Of a stretch of 64,000 bases of DNA, positions 1 through 12,530 are shown piece after piece (the first letter of the stretch is position 1; every line of letters starts with the position of its first letter). A model generated the notes under the pieces. It worked only from the letters and a program-made list of their open reading frames with translations, searched no databases and was not told the origin of the DNA. The translations under genes were made by a program, and so were the position numbers. The DNA lies in assembly GCA_951406725.2 (NCBI GenBank), contig OX597816.1:133486001-133550000 (forward strand). The letters are read 5' to 3'. Source of the DNA: Octopus vulgaris. Lineage: Eukaryota.

Positions 1-342
1 CTTCCTCTAGCAAAAAGGATGACCAGTATTAATGGCTCATCCCTGTTATATAAATACTTTCACTTTAATTATTGCATACTTGCAAAGAGAAAGTAAGAGA
101 AAGTGTTGTGGTAATGGAAGGAGTGAAGCACTTGAAATGAGAGAGGGAAATCGTAAAATATTGAGTTTTCTCGAATTTTTGCTTAATTGGGGGTGAAATT
201 GAAAAAACTACATGCCATGACCCAATGGAATCTACTTCGAAAAATCATAGGTAAATTCCAATTGAAGAAATTCTATATTGTACAATTGTATAAAAAACAA
301 ACTATTTGGGAGGCAGAGAAAATCTGCCTTTCATCATAAGAT
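1..342 (+). mobile_element. Possible 3' part of a non-autonomous Helentron/HINE-like element
   Basis: Ends in a short GC-rich hairpin GGCAGA-gaaaa-TCTGCC followed by TTTCATCATAAGAT, similar to HINE/DINE-1-type ends; runs into (AT)n. Confidence 0.3.
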
Positions 343-736
343 ATATATATATATATATATATATATATGCTCAAACATATACTCATACACACACACACAC
401 ATATAATAATTAATTATTTCAAAACCAACATTTTTTTTCTCCCAACCATGATGCAATCCAAAAAAGTTGGCATTTACATAATAGATATTTAACCCTGTGC
501 ATATAAGATGCTAAATATTCTGATCTTTTGATCAAACTGTTACTGCTGTGAAGCAAAATTCTTAAAATTTAAGAGCTTAATTCCTTATATCATTGAACTA
601 CGATATAATATTACTTCAGTGCAATATTCATAGCATTGAATTTGTCATAGTTATAAAAGCAGTTAAAATAAATGTTTAGACAAAGTATGTGGAAGAATAG
701 AAAAAGATTTAAATGATATTTCAAGATTTTATTGTT

Positions 737-781
737 ATGTTCTACAGCTGTTTTCATGGCTTAAGTGCAATCATCAAACAT
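737..781 (-). ncRNA. Degenerate minimal type I hammerhead motif (Penelope-like pLTR end)
   Basis: Minus strand reads ATGT-TTGATGA-TTGCACTTAAGCCAT-GAAA-ACAGCTGT-A-GAACAT then AATAAA: near-consensus core, palindromic stem III, GUA triplet, ATGTT/AACAT stem I; stem II is poor. Confidence 0.45.
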
Positions 782-964
782 GCAATAATTTTGTAATTAA
801 TATTTAATTAATTAATACACAAGTAATTAATTTGAATGAGATGAGTAAGACATTTCATCAGGAAGGATTTTGAAATATGAAAATCAAAACATTATTACTG
901 TTATAAATATAATATATACAGAGAATACAAAGAAAAATAAAAAAACATAAATGATGACGATGTT

Positions 965-969
965 GTATG

Positions 970-1010
<41 letters not shown>

Positions 1011-1047
1011 ATATATACATACATACATACATACATACATACATACA

Positions 1048-1083
<36 letters not shown>

Positions 1084-1084
1084 T
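965..1084. repeat. Compound (TA)n/(TACA)n microsatellite
   Basis: Directly visible; explains ORFs 858-1206. Confidence 0.95.
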
Positions 1085-2380
1085 AAAGTTATAAATAATG
1101 AGAGAAATATAGTATGATAAAATTTATTTAACCATTGGAAATTCTTATAGCTGAATCCATTATATTGTGACTTAAATATTATATACATATATATATATAT
1201 AGGCAATTTGAAGATGTAATATCCTCCTTAGAGATTATAAAATCCAGAGATCAACAGGTGTTATTGATCATATATTGGGAGAATTCTCTCAATATATAGG
1301 GATAAACTGTCTAATATACATTTAATTTTAATCTAAGAAAGTAGAGAAAAAATATATTGTGGATACATACAAATAAAATAAGTATCCACAATGTATTTTT
1401 TTATCCATTTTCTTATATTAATACATATATATATATATGTAAATAATATGTATGTAATATGATATACAGTGTACTCCCACTTACTTGTGGTTCAGCATTC
1501 AAAGACCCAGTTATTCGCAGAACTGATAATTGTTTACAGAAACCACTGCATATTCACAGAATCGTAAATATTGTCACAATTTTTTATGGCTTTTTTTTCA
1601 TGGCAGTATATATTTTTCACACTTTTTAAGGCTAAATTATCAATAGCAATATACCGTATTTGCCTCTTTGTAGTTGAAGCTCCCTATGATTAGAATAGCC
1701 ATACATCACATTGCTTAATTGTTTTAGATACATGTACAGTGCATCTTGTATCTCTTATTCCTACTTTCAATCAAAGCTTGCTAATTAGTATAGCAATATC
1801 TATCTATATTTCACACATACATGATCTCTCACTGTATTTGTCTCTCAACAACAACGGCATCTCATTGTAGTGAAAGTATATATATATAGCAACAATAATT
1901 CTCCAAACGAGATACAGACAGCAACTGCTCCATAACAAAAGGGACATTAGCCATTTGAATGTGGCTAGGGACAGGGCAGGGCGGTGGGGGTGTTACTGAT
2001 GCATTTAGCCCCAGGCGATCATCAACGTCACCAGATAGGCCCGACACCATCACGGTGTCCTCTATCCCGCAAAGGGAGATCATTCCCCGAAGAAGCGGAT
2101 GCCACATACGGACCCAGGTTTCAAGGTGTTTGCCGGGGAATGATCTCCCTTTGCGGGATAGAGGACACCGTGATGGTGTCGGGCCTATCTGGTGATGTTG
2201 ATGATCGCCTGGGGCTAAATGCATCAGTAACACCCCCACCGCCCTGCCCTGTCCCTAGCCACATTCAAATGGCTAATGTCCCTTTTGTTATGGAGCAGTT
2301 GCTGTCTGTATCTCGTTTGGAGAATTATTGTTGCTGTCGAGCAGATTTTCGAGGTCAGTAAATGTATTTACGTGAAAATC

Positions 2381-2392
2381 TATATATAAATA
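2381..2392 (+). promoter_or_regulatory. TATA-like box inside the retrozyme-like unit
   Basis: TATATATAAATA in otherwise GC-rich sequence, about 40 nt upstream of the hammerhead. Confidence 0.3.
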
Positions 2393-2431
2393 TCCTGCAC
2401 AGAGAGTCGTTCGTCGAGGGGCGGTGCCTAC

Positions 2432-2476
2432 CATACGTTGACGAGAGACAAACACCTTGAAACCTGGGTCCATATG
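2432..2476 (+). ncRNA. Type I hammerhead ribozyme motif (C3U core variant, GUC cleavage triplet)
   Basis: CATACG-TTGACGA-GAG acaaacac CTT-GAAA-CCTGG-GTC-CATATG; the inverted copy (2105-2110) gives CGTATG, a perfect stem I partner for CATACG. Confidence 0.7.
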
Positions 2477-3133
2477 TGGCATCCGCTTCTTCGGGGAATG
2501 ATCTCCCTTTGCGGGATAGAGGACACCGTGATGGTGTCGGGCCTATCTGGTGATGTTGATGATCGCCTGGGGCTAATGCATCAGTAACACCCCCACCGCC
2601 CTGCCCTGTCCCTAGCCACATTCAAATGGCTAATGTCCCTTTTGTTATATATATATATATACACACAATGTATCACATCAGTTTTACTTGGGCTAGTGAT
2701 GACAGATCAAAGATATATACAACATGAGACTGAATGTTAATTTTATACCAATACTTTTTTTAAAACCACCACTACATTTGATCATACATATTATTTATTT
2801 AAACAGGATAATTTTTAAGGTTGTGAGCCAATATAGCCTCATTGAAATTAGGTTACTTGCTAGTCCCTCCCTCTTTCTCTCGCTCTCTCTCTCATTCTCA
2901 TTATTGTTATAGTATAGATTACTGTATCTAGTGGTTATACAAACCAAATTTTTCAAAATCACGATTATTTTTAATCTCTACTCAATCTCCCATTGGTGGT
3001 ATGTACAATACACATTGTGCATATTAGATGAAAGGAAGATTTTGTAGGTTTTTTTTTGAAAAGCTGTGTCCAGTAGCTATCTTGAGTATTTTGTTGAGAG
3101 CTGTATTTTTCACAACGTTATTAAAGCCCTACA

Positions 3134-3735
3134 ATGCTGCCCAGACACCCTACACCTTTTAAGGCTTCTTGCAGGGAACCTAAGCACCAGAAAAAGGTTA
3201 TGACACTCCATGCGAAGGTACAACTGCTGGATATGTTCTGGGAAGGTAAAAGTTATGCTGCAGTAGGTCACTGTTATGTTGTCAACAAAAGCACCATACG
3301 CTACATAAAGAAGGAGATGGCAATCAGGACTACCGTAGCAGTAAGTTTTTATGAAAGTGTCAAAAAGATAGTGATAGTGAGAAATAAGCACTTCATCAAG
3401 ATGGAATCTGCCTTGGCATTGTGGATCAGTGACTGTAAGTAAAAAAAACATCCCCTTGAATGGTAACATCATTCATGAGACAGCACTGAAATTATACTAG
3501 CAGTTCAATAGAGGAGACAGAGCAGAAGGTACCAAAGAACCACAACCAAGACCATTGATAGCTTCAGTACCTGAAGATTTTCAAACCAGCAAGGAATAGT
3601 TTGACCATTTTCAGAAACAGTTTAAAATAAAATGTGTTTTCCAGCATGAAGAGACAACATCAGCTGACAAAGAAGGCACCAAGAAGTACCTTGAAACCTT
3701 CAGGCAGATCATCAAGGACAAGGGTTACAAGCTGG
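3134..3735 (+). pseudogene. Tigger (TIGD1-like) transposase N-terminus with HTH/CENP-B DNA-binding domains; disrupted
   Basis: KKVMTLHAKVQLLDM...NKSTIRYIKK...MESALALWISDC, then after stops and frameshifts FQTSKE*FDHFQKQF and TSADKEG...IIKDKGY, which are typical Tigger motifs. Confidence 0.85.
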
Positions 3736-4567
3736 AACGAGACTGGCTTGTTCTTCGTCCATCATGAAGGACGAAGCCACAGACCCAGGATTTAAGAATG
3801 ACAGAGTGATCCAATCAACCGCAGGCAACATTTTTACATTTAAGAACCTAGCAGGGCCGCCATCCAGGCCCCGACGGATAGTGTCTTCTATCCACTTGGC
3901 CTCTATACCAGGTGGCAGCCCACACACCCAGACTCTTGTCAACTTTCTATTGCCATAAGTAGGGAGAAACAAAATTTTCTCCCCCTCCAAAGGCATGCTC
4001 GCAAAATCATGAGCTTCTGCAGGGGTGTCAAAAAGTACACACACAGTTCCATACTTCGCACCCCTGCAGATAAACCTAACAGTTGGCAGATATTCTGCCA
4101 ACTCCTCCTCAATTTCTTTCTCAGAGAAGACCTTGATGGTGTCAAGGACCCTGGAATAGGTCCTGAACAACACCGTTCTCTCTGTATAATTTTTTAACCA
4201 TTCTTTGGGGGCCAGAATTTGCCACTCCAAAGTGGATTTCCCAGTTGCCATGTTGATAGCCAAAACAAAAATAAAAATCCATAAACAAAAATCAAAATTT
4301 TTAAATGAAAGTCTATAAAGAAACTCAAAAAAAGATCAGAAAGAGCAAAGGAAGATAATCCAAAATGGCAACACAACGCAACACAATTCTGCTACTCTGG
4401 TAAGCCAAACTGGTAGTCCTTTGCAGTACAAATAGTATTCCGTCCAACTCTGGCTGTACTCCTATCCTTTATGGTAAAGATCCACTTGAAAGGGCACAAA
4501 CACAGTCAGAAAATTCCAAAAAATTTTAGGATGGACACGCCTCCCGAAAACACACACAATTCTCACT
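3736..4567 (-). mobile_element. 5' end of a Tx1/L1-type LINE: 5' UTR plus truncated ORF1
   Basis: ORF 4263..3712 (MAINMATGK...YGTVCVLFDTPAEA...TRVWVCGLPPGIEAKWI) resembles RRM-type ORF1 proteins; GC-richer leader to about 4567; abuts the broken Tigger transposase. Confidence 0.6.
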
Positions 4568-4930
4568 AAAATGTGAGTCTTTTAGTATGTCTGGAACCCA
4601 GTGGAGACTCTTGTTCGAAAAAATAATAACCATATGGACAACAGACTTCATTAAGCTCCCCAAAAAAAACAAATGCTTTACCTGTGGTCGTGCTTCAAAT
4701 GTTCAATTTTTCACATATGACGTGACTTCCACCGCGATGAAAAACAACGCCACAACTTGGTCGCAGTAAGCAAGCTACTAACCACACAGACACTCCTGTG
4801 CCTAGTGAAAAAAATTTTGAAAAGTCCCCATCAAAACAGAGAAAAGCCACCTTATGTTGGTGTGCTATTCTGAAAGTTTGATAAGGCATTCTTTTGTAAA
4901 AATTACCCAGCAATCATAGGATACTCAGGG

Positions 4931-4968
<38 letters not shown>

Positions 4969-5597
4969 TATGCATATGCACACGCATACATATATACATA
5001 CATAGTTACACTTGAATGCTTATATATTTACTTAAGTACAGTCTCGATCGTGTAAGTACATCTCACTAATGTAGTAATTGTGTAAATATATATCTTAAAA
5101 ACACATTTATATAATACACTTCCTGTCATCAATCGAAATCTAATCTGTTTCCTTCCATAACTGTATTTTTTCAATAAACTTATACTGCAAATATATCTAA
5201 AAAAACAATAAATATCGAACCATCAATGCTAACACCAAATTTCAAATAAAACGAAATAACAAACCACTATCAACAACCTCTAAGAAATTGGAATCACTAA
5301 GCTCCTGATTTCTGTCTGATCACATTTACTTTTAGAAAATCCATGGCTAGCATGTTATACATTTATTTATCTGTCTTTCAGAAATACAACTGCCCTTTAG
5401 TTTCTGAAGCTGTATTCCTAATTAACATTAAGAAACCTCTGGAATGGTCATTGAAAAGTCTCTTATCTCATCTCAAGATTACATTTATTTCTATTAGAAA
5501 TTGATGTCAGCAGCAAATAGGAGCTTTGCTTCCTGTTCTAAAATAAATAGATAAGAAATGAAAAATCAACAAGAACATGTATTATTGTTTAGTATAT

Positions 5598-5599
<2 letters not shown>

Positions 5600-5690
<91 letters not shown>

Positions 5691-5844
5691 TATATATATG
5701 TATGTATATATACATGTATGTATATGTATATATATATATATATATACATATACATACATGTATATATATATATATATACATTATGCATATATATATATAT
5801 ACACACACATACATATATGTGCACATGTATGTGTGTATGTGCAC

Positions 5845-5903
<59 letters not shown>

Positions 5904-6059
5904 TGTGAGTGTGTGTGTATGTGTGTGGAGAAAGAGAGAGATACATACATACTTATAAATGCAGACACAAATCTGTGTGCATACACATGTATGCATATAT
6001 ATGTACATATGTGTATGTGTTCACAAATACACACATACACACAAACACAAATGTGTGTG

Positions 6060-6095
<36 letters not shown>
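5600..6095. repeat. Large compound (TA)n/(TG)n/(CA)n microsatellite
   Basis: Directly visible; source of YI/CV/HT low-complexity ORFs. Confidence 0.95.
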
Positions 6096-6099
<4 letters not shown>

Positions 6100-6834
6100 C
6101 ATCGTTTTTGATAGAGATATATTCAAGTAGTTTAATGTTTGGAATCACATTAAAGAAGCTTAGCTTCTTTAAAGATGATGTAAAATCAATGACAACTTAT
6201 ATTTCCAAATGTTTCTAAAGAATTTGATGCTGACATGAAAGAAAACTTTTAGTTGTTTCTTAACTTCCTTACCATTTCTTTTAATTTCTTTTATTCTATT
6301 AAATTTTATTTTTTCCTTTATCTTGTTCAACATGTTTTTTTTTAAACCCTCTCTACTAAGAAAGAAGTCTTAGAATTTTTGAGTTGTTAAGCAAATGCAA
6401 GAAGAGTAAATAAAATGATTAAATATAATATTACTTATGAAATATAATCAATGTTTAAAGTACTCTGTCATGAAATCAACTAAAATTTATTTCAAGGAAA
6501 GTAATTCTAAGTAATAGTGACAGAGCTGTAGTATCAATCTTCATTATTTTTGACACTAATTCAATACCTTTAGATACATGATATCACTTAGAAATCAATT
6601 TTTGAAAAAAAAATTATTTTTTGGTTTGTATTTAAGTATGATTTTTAGAGTGAAGAAACTTGACAAACTTGATCAGAGGTTGTATATGGAAATTGAAACA
6701 ACTGCAAATGTGTCACAATACCCATTTAAATTCTTTTGATACCAACCTATCTGAGACCATCCCTGTTTCTATGATACAAACATTCAGTTTTATAGTGATC
6801 TTAAAATGTTTTAAATGCCAGCATAATAATAATG

Positions 6835-7037
6835 TTTTCAAATTTTGGCGTGGGGTGATTAGTTTTTGAGGAGGAGGGGGAAGTTGATTACATCAGATTG
6901 GGCCCTGTACTGACTGGTACCCTGAAAGGAAAGGCAAAGTCAACTTTGGTGGAATTTGAACTCAGAATGTTAAGAAGGATGAAATGCCACTAAGCATTTT
7001 GCCCAGCATGCTTATGGTTCTGCCAGCTCACTGCCTT
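6835..7037 (-). mobile_element. tRNA-derived SINE, family B (GGCAGTGAGCTGGCAGAA...GAGTTCAAATTCC head)
   Basis: A/B-box-like head; similar copies at 13245-13452(-), 32575-32785(+), 38893-39100(+), 39585-39790(+), 50865-51080(-) and 56722-58105(+, interrupted). Confidence 0.8.
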
Positions 7038-7089
7038 AAATACCAATGCAATAATGAGAAAGTTAATTTACTAAATTCTTGGTAACAGA

Positions 7090-7455
7090 TGCAGGCATGG
7101 CTGTATGGTAAGAAGTTTGCTTCCCAACCACATGTTTTCAGGTTCAGTCCCACTGCACAGGTGAGAGAATTTGGCAGATAGAAAGAAGCCTGTCATATGC
7201 ATGTGTGTGTGTGTACATGCGCACATGCATGTATGTATATACTTGTGTTTGTCCTCCACCACCACCACCACCACCACCACCTGACAACCAATGTTGGTTT
7301 GTTTTCCCTGTAGTTTTGCAGTTTGGCAAAAGAGACTGACAGAATAAGTACTAGGCTTAAAAAATTAAGTTCTGGGGTCAAATTGTTAAACTAAACCTTT
7401 CAGGGTTGTGCTCCAACATGGCCATAGTTCAATGACTGAAACAATTAAAAGATAA
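7090..7455 (+). mobile_element. tRNA-derived SINE, family A (internal microsatellite, ...GACTGAAACAAGTAAAAGA tail)
   Basis: Head GGCTGTATGGTAAGAAG...GGTTCAGTCCC; many dispersed copies in this window. Confidence 0.8.
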
Positions 7456-8269
7456 AAACTTGAAAAATATTCAATAAATTAAAACAAATACAATATATTT
7501 CAACAGAAATATGTCAACAAAAAAGGTTAAAACACATACTGTTTTGTTCACTTTTCTTCTATTTTTTGATAATATTGTATACTATGGAAGAAGTATTCTT
7601 AAGCTGACAAACACCAGACCCCATCAAAAGATTATTGTTTAACCTTTTAGCATTTAGATTACTCTGTCAAATGTAATGCTTATTAATTCACAATGTTTTG
7701 AATTGATCATGCATTATCTCAGTGATTTGAGATCTTGATGATGTAAGCATTAATTTTTAGCATGGCAGTGTAGGGTAGGTGTGACATGTAGAATATTTTG
7801 ACCAGATATGGCCAGTTTAAATGCTAAATGGCATACTAACAATTTTGCCAGCTTGCCACCATAAAGGTACATATTAAGATATACTTACTTATGAGTTATA
7901 GGTAGCTGTACTTTAAAATAACAGCTTTCTATATTTTTACCTTTATATCATAGCTCTTTATTTTTATATAACTTTCCATGCAGAGTGCACCAATAATAAT
8001 TTTATTTGATATTCAGTGCACCACATAGTCAAGAAGAATGAGAAGTATTGCTCTATTGTTTTATTTAGTTATAGTGTCTGTCCTTCGTTATCTTACAACT
8101 ACAAACTGCTTTATACTATCTATAATAATACTGTTATAGCTGCTGCTTCTAATACATGTATCTATGTACAACCTGTATATGATGTTTTCCTTGTGTGCAT
8201 CACACTATACAATTTCAGGCAAACTTTCTAATCAGTTTTTAATATTTTTCTTTTTAACTGTAGTTTATA

Positions 8270-8334
<65 letters not shown>

Positions 8335-9339
8335 TGTGTGTGTGCGTGTGTGTACATGTGTTGTTCGTGTGTGGGTACCTGTGAGTTTTGTGTGAGCATT
8401 TGTGTTTGTATGTGTGTGAAATACAAAGGGCTAAGTGGTTAAAAAGTTTGCATTTCAGCCAAGATATTCCTTGTCCAATCCTACTATTTGGACATTTCGG
8501 ACAAATATCTTCTACATAGACTAAGTTAACTCAATCTTTGTGAATGAAATTGTGAAGATGGAGAATGGACAGAAGTCGAGTCTATTAGACAGATGATATC
8601 TGAAATTACACACACAGTATCTTGCTTAGTTTCTTTTAGAATTATAATAAGGATACAAGTATATGTGAAACACTTTGTCATTTAAACTATGCAATATGAA
8701 TAGGATGTGCTGGTAATATCTATCATTGAAACTCATACATGATCCATTCATTCATTCATTTAATGTATATGCATTTGTGTATTTGTGCGCATGTGTGTGT
8801 ATGTATGTGTGTGTGTTTGTGTCTGTGTGCTGCTTGCTATAATAAAGGAAGCATTGTTTTGCATATTTGTTTCATTCTTTATATTTTTATCTTTATTCTT
8901 GCATTGTGCTATTGCCCCATGTGAATTCTTCGTATTTACAGTAACAACAACACTCAGAAAAAAACAAAAAAAAAACAGCAAAAGGCTTACCTCTTTTTAA
9001 TCTTTCATGGTTTATATCATGGAAGCACGTTACTCATCCTGGTTCTGACATTCATTGCTGGTACAGTCCCAGTATAACAAATATTGACCTTTTCCTCAAA
9101 CTGAATTATCAAAACAAACAAACACAAATATATGAATAAATACATGATTCAATGCTTGCATTTGTCTTCCTATTGCTTTATTGCATTTTCTTAAAAGAGT
9201 AAAGAAATGATATGAATGGTAAACCTCTGATTGTTTCTTATTGTAAGTGGTAATTTCAGCTGAAGGCAACTTTGTCTTCCATACTAAAATTAGGTGTTAA
9301 GATTTATAGAATTTCTTCCTAATTGTGAACTTGTTTTAA

Positions 9340-9559
9340 CCCCGTAACATTTAGATTACATTGTCACATGTAGCGCTTATTTATTCACATTGTTTTGAAT
9401 TAATCATACATTATCTCACAGCTTGGAGATTTCGATGAAGTGATTGCTTATTCTTAGAATGACATTGTCAGGTAGGTGTGAGAGGCCAGATCTGGCTGGT
9501 TTGAGCATAAAACAGGTAGAATATTAGAGCTAGATATGACCAGATTAAATGCTAAAGGG
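9340..9559. mobile_element. TTAA-flanked MITE (piggyBac-like ends)
   Basis: TTAA-CCCCGTAACATTTA ... TAAATGCTAAAGGG-TTAA; related copies at about 7640-7830, 13015-13117 and 29085-29282. Confidence 0.7.
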
Positions 9560-9612
9560 TTAAAATAAGAAATTCATATCTTATTCTCTACATTATGTGT
9601 GAAAGTTCGTGA

Positions 9613-10070
9613 GACACAAGTGTGGCTGTGTTGTAAGAAGCTTGCTTCCCAATCACATGGTTTCAATTTCATTCCTACCTTGGGCAAGTGTCTTCTACTA
9701 TAGCCCAGTCCAACCAAAGCCCCATAAGTGGATTCAGTAAATGGAAACTATATATTAGTCTGTTGTGTGTGTGTGTGTGTGTGTATGTGTGTGTGTGCAT
9801 GTGCGTGCATGTGTGTGTGTGTGTGCATGTGCGTGCATGTGTGTGTGTGTGTGTGTGTATGTGTGTTTGTCTTTGTATCTGTGTTCATTCCTCGCCGTTG
9901 CTTGACAACGAGTGTTGATTTGTTTACATTTCTGTAACTTAGCAGTTCAGCTTATGAGACTGAAAGAATAAATGTCAGGCCAAAAGAAATGTATTGGCAT
10001 TGATTCATTTTACTAAAACCCCTCAGTGCATTGCCCCAGCACGGCCACAGTCCAGTGACTGAAATAAGAC
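9613..10070 (+). mobile_element. SINE family A with internal (TG)n
   Basis: Same head and tail as 7090-7455. Confidence 0.8.
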
Positions 10071-10559
10071 ACAAAAGGCACAAAGAATTTCAGTCTTCTG
10101 AATGTGTAGGCATTTGCTTTTTGAGTAAAGTAGTACAAAAGGCAATGTCCTCTTTATTGACAAGAGCCGCTTAAGAAAAAAAAAACATTGCTTTCTTGTA
10201 TAATGGCAGTAAATTTAATTAAATTGAATAAAATGGTTATTTGCATAATTTTCTAATAAAACAGACTATTATCCAAACTATTTTAAGAGCAAGAATTGCA
10301 CATTGCTGCACCTAATATCTATGACAACAATGACCAAAAGAGACAGGCTAGCAATATGAGAAAATCTCATAAAAATCTCATAAAACTTAAGTTAAAGGCA
10401 AAAATGTAGCTGAGTGCTATATAACTGAATAAGTTTACAATTTTGATTAAATATTTTCTGACAAGATCACAAATTGTAATGACTATAAATTTTAGTATCT
10501 AATTTGGTATGAAAGACAAAGTTGCCTCCAACAGAATTTGAACTTACAATATATAATAC

Positions 10560-10980
10560 AGGTGCAGGTGTGACTATGTAGTAAGAAGTTTGCTTCCCAA
10601 CCACATGGTTTTAGGTTCTGTCCCACTGCACCTTGGACAAGTGTCTTCTGCTATAAGCTCCAGGCCAAGTGAGGCCTTGTGAGTGGATTTGGTAGATGGA
10701 AACTGAAAGAAACCTCATCATGTAAGTGTGTGTGTTACTGTCTCCTTGCCTTGGCATTGCATAATAGTTGTGAGCAAGTGTCACCATCACACAAATGGTT
10801 CCCTTCATTTCCACTCTGCCATGAGAAAACATGTCTGGTCATGGGGGAAATATAACCTTACTTAGAAACAGGTGAGTGCTGGTAACAGGAAGAGTATCCA
10901 ACCATAGAAAACCTACCTCAACACATTCTGTCCAACCCATGTGTGCATGGGAAAGCGGATGTTAAAACAATGATGATAAT
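10560..10980 (+). mobile_element. SINE with family A head and RTE-like (GAT)n tail
   Basis: tRNA-like head; 3' part ...GGAAGAGTATCCAACCATAGAAAAC...GTTAAAACAATGATGAT; sister copy at 15100-15480. Confidence 0.7.
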
Positions 10981-11994
10981 TATGATGAGGAGTAGGAGGT
11001 GGAGAAGGAAGAGGAAGACTGTAGAGGAAAGAAATGACCAGATACCTACCATTCCTATAATTTCTTTACTTATTTGAGAAAGTATAATCGATACCTATTT
11101 ATTTATTTATTTATTTATTCATTCATTCATTCATTTTAACCTTACATAGTTGCTAAAAGAAAATAATGATATCTGTCATATACTGGAATATGAGCTTAAA
11201 TATCTAACCATATCTGGCTCATAAAATATGTAGGTAATGATGGGTCAGATTTCTGTTTCTTATTGTCTGGCTAGTGACACGTTTAATTCCCAGTTGCTCT
11301 TACTCATCTCACTTACACACTACTTTTCAGACATTCAACAAATCATTCTCTCTTGATTTATTTTTAATCTCTACCAATCTTCCATATTCAGTATCGATCT
11401 CTCTGTCATGCAGCATCATGCTTTTTATGTTTGTTTCATGCAATCTGCCTTCAGCACGGTCATGAAACCGTTTGTTGTTAACTGATGCAATTATGGACCT
11501 TCAACCTCTTCCTTGCTCTAGCAACTTTGCTTTTACTGCATCCCACTTCAAACACTAATTAGGTCACCTGTGTTACTTTCTATGTGACTATGTCTAACGG
11601 GTCAAATGAAATTTTTATGCTTTTCATTTCTTGGGTTGCAGCTACTGCTAGCTTTTATTGTTGTATCTCAAGTCTTGATTTCTATTAGTCTGCCAGAGAT
11701 ACCACTATCTTAGCAAAGGGTGCACAGTATTAAGTACCTGAGTACCTAGCTACTCTTTACTGTATACCAAACATTAGGATGATACTAAAATCCTTTGCTC
11801 TCTTTTGTTGTTTATTATTTTGTTAGTTTTCTATGTTGATTATTTGGCTATTTGGAATCTAAGCTATGTGTTCAAGTTTAGAACATTTCTTTTTCTGCAA
11901 TCTTTCAACAAATTTTGCTCTGGGAATAAAGTTATCAATATTAAAAAATCGTTTGCTGTACACTTGTGTTCTTGCTTCAAGAACAATAATAAAT

Positions 11995-12092
11995 AGAAAG
12001 ACTTGAAAAGAGATCCCTGGTGAACACCCACCTGTACATTAAAATCCTCACTAAACTCATTGCCAGCTCTAACCTTGCTAAGAGCACCCATA
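11995..12092 (-). mobile_element. Small RTE reverse transcriptase fragment
   Basis: SKVRAGNEFSEDFNVQVGVHQGS matches the RT segment at 45195-45557. Confidence 0.7.
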
Positions 12093-12104
12093 CAAAAATA
12101 TGTG

Positions 12105-12129
12105 TGAGAGAGAGAGAGAGAGAGAGAAA

Positions 12130-12215
<86 letters not shown>

Positions 12216-12296
12216 GAAAGTATGTTTGGGTTTAAATAAGTACAGAAATATAATTTTCTCTGTGTCTGCCTCTGTCTTTCCCCCTCTCTCTTTCAT

Positions 12297-12345
<49 letters not shown>

Positions 12346-12359
12346 TATATATATATATG

Positions 12360-12394
<35 letters not shown>

Positions 12395-12530
12395 TATCTA
12401 TGCATATATACATACATACATATATATATATATATATTTATATATTGATATATATTGATATATGTATATATACATATACACACACTCACATACATACAAA
12501 CATACACACACACACACACACACATATATA
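12105..12530. repeat. (GA)n, (GACA)n, (TA)n and (CA)n microsatellites
   Basis: Directly visible. Confidence 0.95.

Larger units (their letters stand above)
1888..2648 (+). mobile_element. Young GC-rich retrozyme/Penelope pLTR-like element: 358-nt period partial tandem plus inverted 5' segment
   Basis: 1888-2089 is the reverse complement of 2134-2335 (202 bp, one mismatch seen); 2134 onward repeats directly at 2492-2648; the 2090-2132 spacer is the reverse complement of about 2449-2491; (TA)n on both flanks; contains a hammerhead motif. Confidence 0.75.
1467..3735 (+). mobile_element. Tigger/pogo DNA transposon, 5' part, interrupted by the 1888-2648 element and truncated by a LINE fragment
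   Basis: TA followed by CAGTGTACTCCCACTTA... resembles a Tigger left TIR; TIGD1-like transposase remnant at 3134-3735. Confidence 0.6.

Noticed and set aside
1345-1402. Short hairpin ATTGTGGATAC...GTATCCACAAT, and a similar one at 36610-36662
   Set aside because: Short and AT-rich; no motif or family link that can be supported.
1862-2621. Mirror-image 125-aa, 78-aa and 88-aa ORFs
   Set aside because: By-products of the GC-rich inverted and tandem repeat; no recognisable protein motifs.
4680-4803. Apparent promoter or first exon (TGACGT, ACTTCC, ATG...GCA|gtaagc)
   Set aside because: The donor-like GTAAGC belongs to an antisense SINE head fragment; no other support.
5558-6218. Long YI/CV/HT-rich ORFs, also at 12.1, 30.1, 31.6, 35.1, 42.3 and 46.5 kb
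   Set aside because: Translations of dinucleotide and tetranucleotide microsatellites.
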